Positions 15,576 to 16,345 of a stretch of 16,345 nt of DNA are shown piece after piece. The notes below the pieces were generated by a model. The model saw only the letters and a list, made by a program, of their open reading frames with translations, ran no database searches and was not told the DNA's origin. How positions within the stretch are numbered: position 1 is the first letter of the stretch; every line of letters begins with the position of its first letter. The stretch spans positions 1-16,345 of the forward strand of contig JBBQYG010000087.1 of assembly GCA_038208905.1 (NCBI GenBank). The letters run 5' to 3'. The DNA is from Candidatus Sumerlaeia bacterium. GTDB lineage: Bacteria; Sumerlaeota; Sumerlaeia; SLMS01. The translations under genes were made by a program, and so were the position numbers.

Positions 15576-16345
15576 TACTTCTTCGTCTCGCCGAAATTGA
15601 TCGCCTCGAAGTAGTCCCTCACGCTGTTTCTCATTCCAGCGGGGATCTCGTTGTCGGTGATCGCGTCGGCGGCCTTCTGGCGGTATTCCTGAGGGACGCG
15701 GGTGTAGCTGACATTGGACTCTCCGCGCGGCGCGGGGGCGTCGATCTCGATGACGGCGATGATCTCGCCCTCGTTTTTCTGGCCGGGGATGAACTCGTCC
15801 TTGAAGTCGAAATTGCCATCGCCGCCGTGGGGAACCTGGCCGCCCTCGCCACGGCCGGGGCCGCCGCTGCCAAGGCTGCTGCTTTCATTGATACCTTCCT
15901 TCCAGTCGCTCTGGCCCGCAGTGTTGCCCGGGCGGCTTCCACCCGCCTGCTGGCTCGGTGAGCCGCCGCCAGATTCGCCCTGACCCGGTTGGGTGCCCTG
16001 ACCCTGACCCTTGCCCTGACCCGGCTTGGCCCCGCCCTCACCGCCGCCCATGCACTGACTCATGCACTCGCCCATGGACTTCTGGGCCTGCGACATCGCG
16101 GCCATCTGCTGCATCATCTGGCTAAGGTCCTCCGCGCTGGCCGCCGCTTGCTGGAGCGCCGCCGCCGCCTGAGCCGCGGCCTGCTGCTGGGAGGCACTCT
16201 GCTGGCTCTTCTGCTCGCCGCTCTGGCTCCCCTGCTGTTTGGCCTGCTGGCTCTTCTGCTGGCTCTGGTCGGAGTTCCCCGACTTGCTCTCCTCCTGCTG
16301 CGCGGACTGCTGGCTCTGCTGCTGCCCCTCGCCGCCACCCTGCTC
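15575..16345 (-). CDS. Gln/Gly-rich hypothetical protein, 3' part (5' end beyond the window)
   Basis: Frame stays open from 16345 (EQGGGEGQQQSQQSAQQEE...) into the listed 180-aa ORF; ends in EIPAGMRNSVRDYFEAIN, an IP..R..V..YF helix typical of long coiled-coil proteins in VWA operons. Confidence 0.8.
   Translation of the reverse strand, partial: EQGGGEGQQQSQQSAQQEESKSGNSDQSQQKSQQAKQQGSQSGEQKSQQSASQQQAAAQAAAALQQAAASAEDLSQMMQQMAAMSQAQKSMGECMSQCMGGGEGGAKPGQGKGQGQGTQPGQGESGGGSPSQQAGGSRPGNTAGQSDWKEGINESSSLGSGGPGRGEGGQVPHGGDGNFDFKDEFIPGQKNEGEIIAVIEIDAPAPRGESNVSYTRVPQEYRQKAADAITDNEIPAGMRNSVRDYFEAINFGETKK

Overview
High-GC bacterial chromosomal segment with all credible genes on the minus strand. 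In transcription order (right to left): a truncated Gln/Gly-rich protein, an NHL-repeat lipoprotein and a 980-aa VWA/GATase-like membrane protein (a module of the kind usually linked to MoxR AAA+ ATPases); an atypical CarD-family regulator with a long acidic tail; then a tightly packed nine-gene run: rpiA, a lone purQ, a membrane-anchored TPR-like protein, an O-antigen ligase/Wzy_C protein, Wza, Wzc, a PHP metallophosphoesterase, a short-chain polyprenyl diphosphate synthase and a pyridoxamine 5'-phosphate oxidase-like FMN protein. It ends with a DUF104-type antitoxin whose toxin partner looks reduced to a stub. Non-coding structure includes inverted heptamer tandem repeats and a 9-mer repeat around the NHL gene start, and hairpins after carD. 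No rRNA, tRNA, CRISPR array or transposase was recognised. All family calls come from motif recognition by eye, not database searches.
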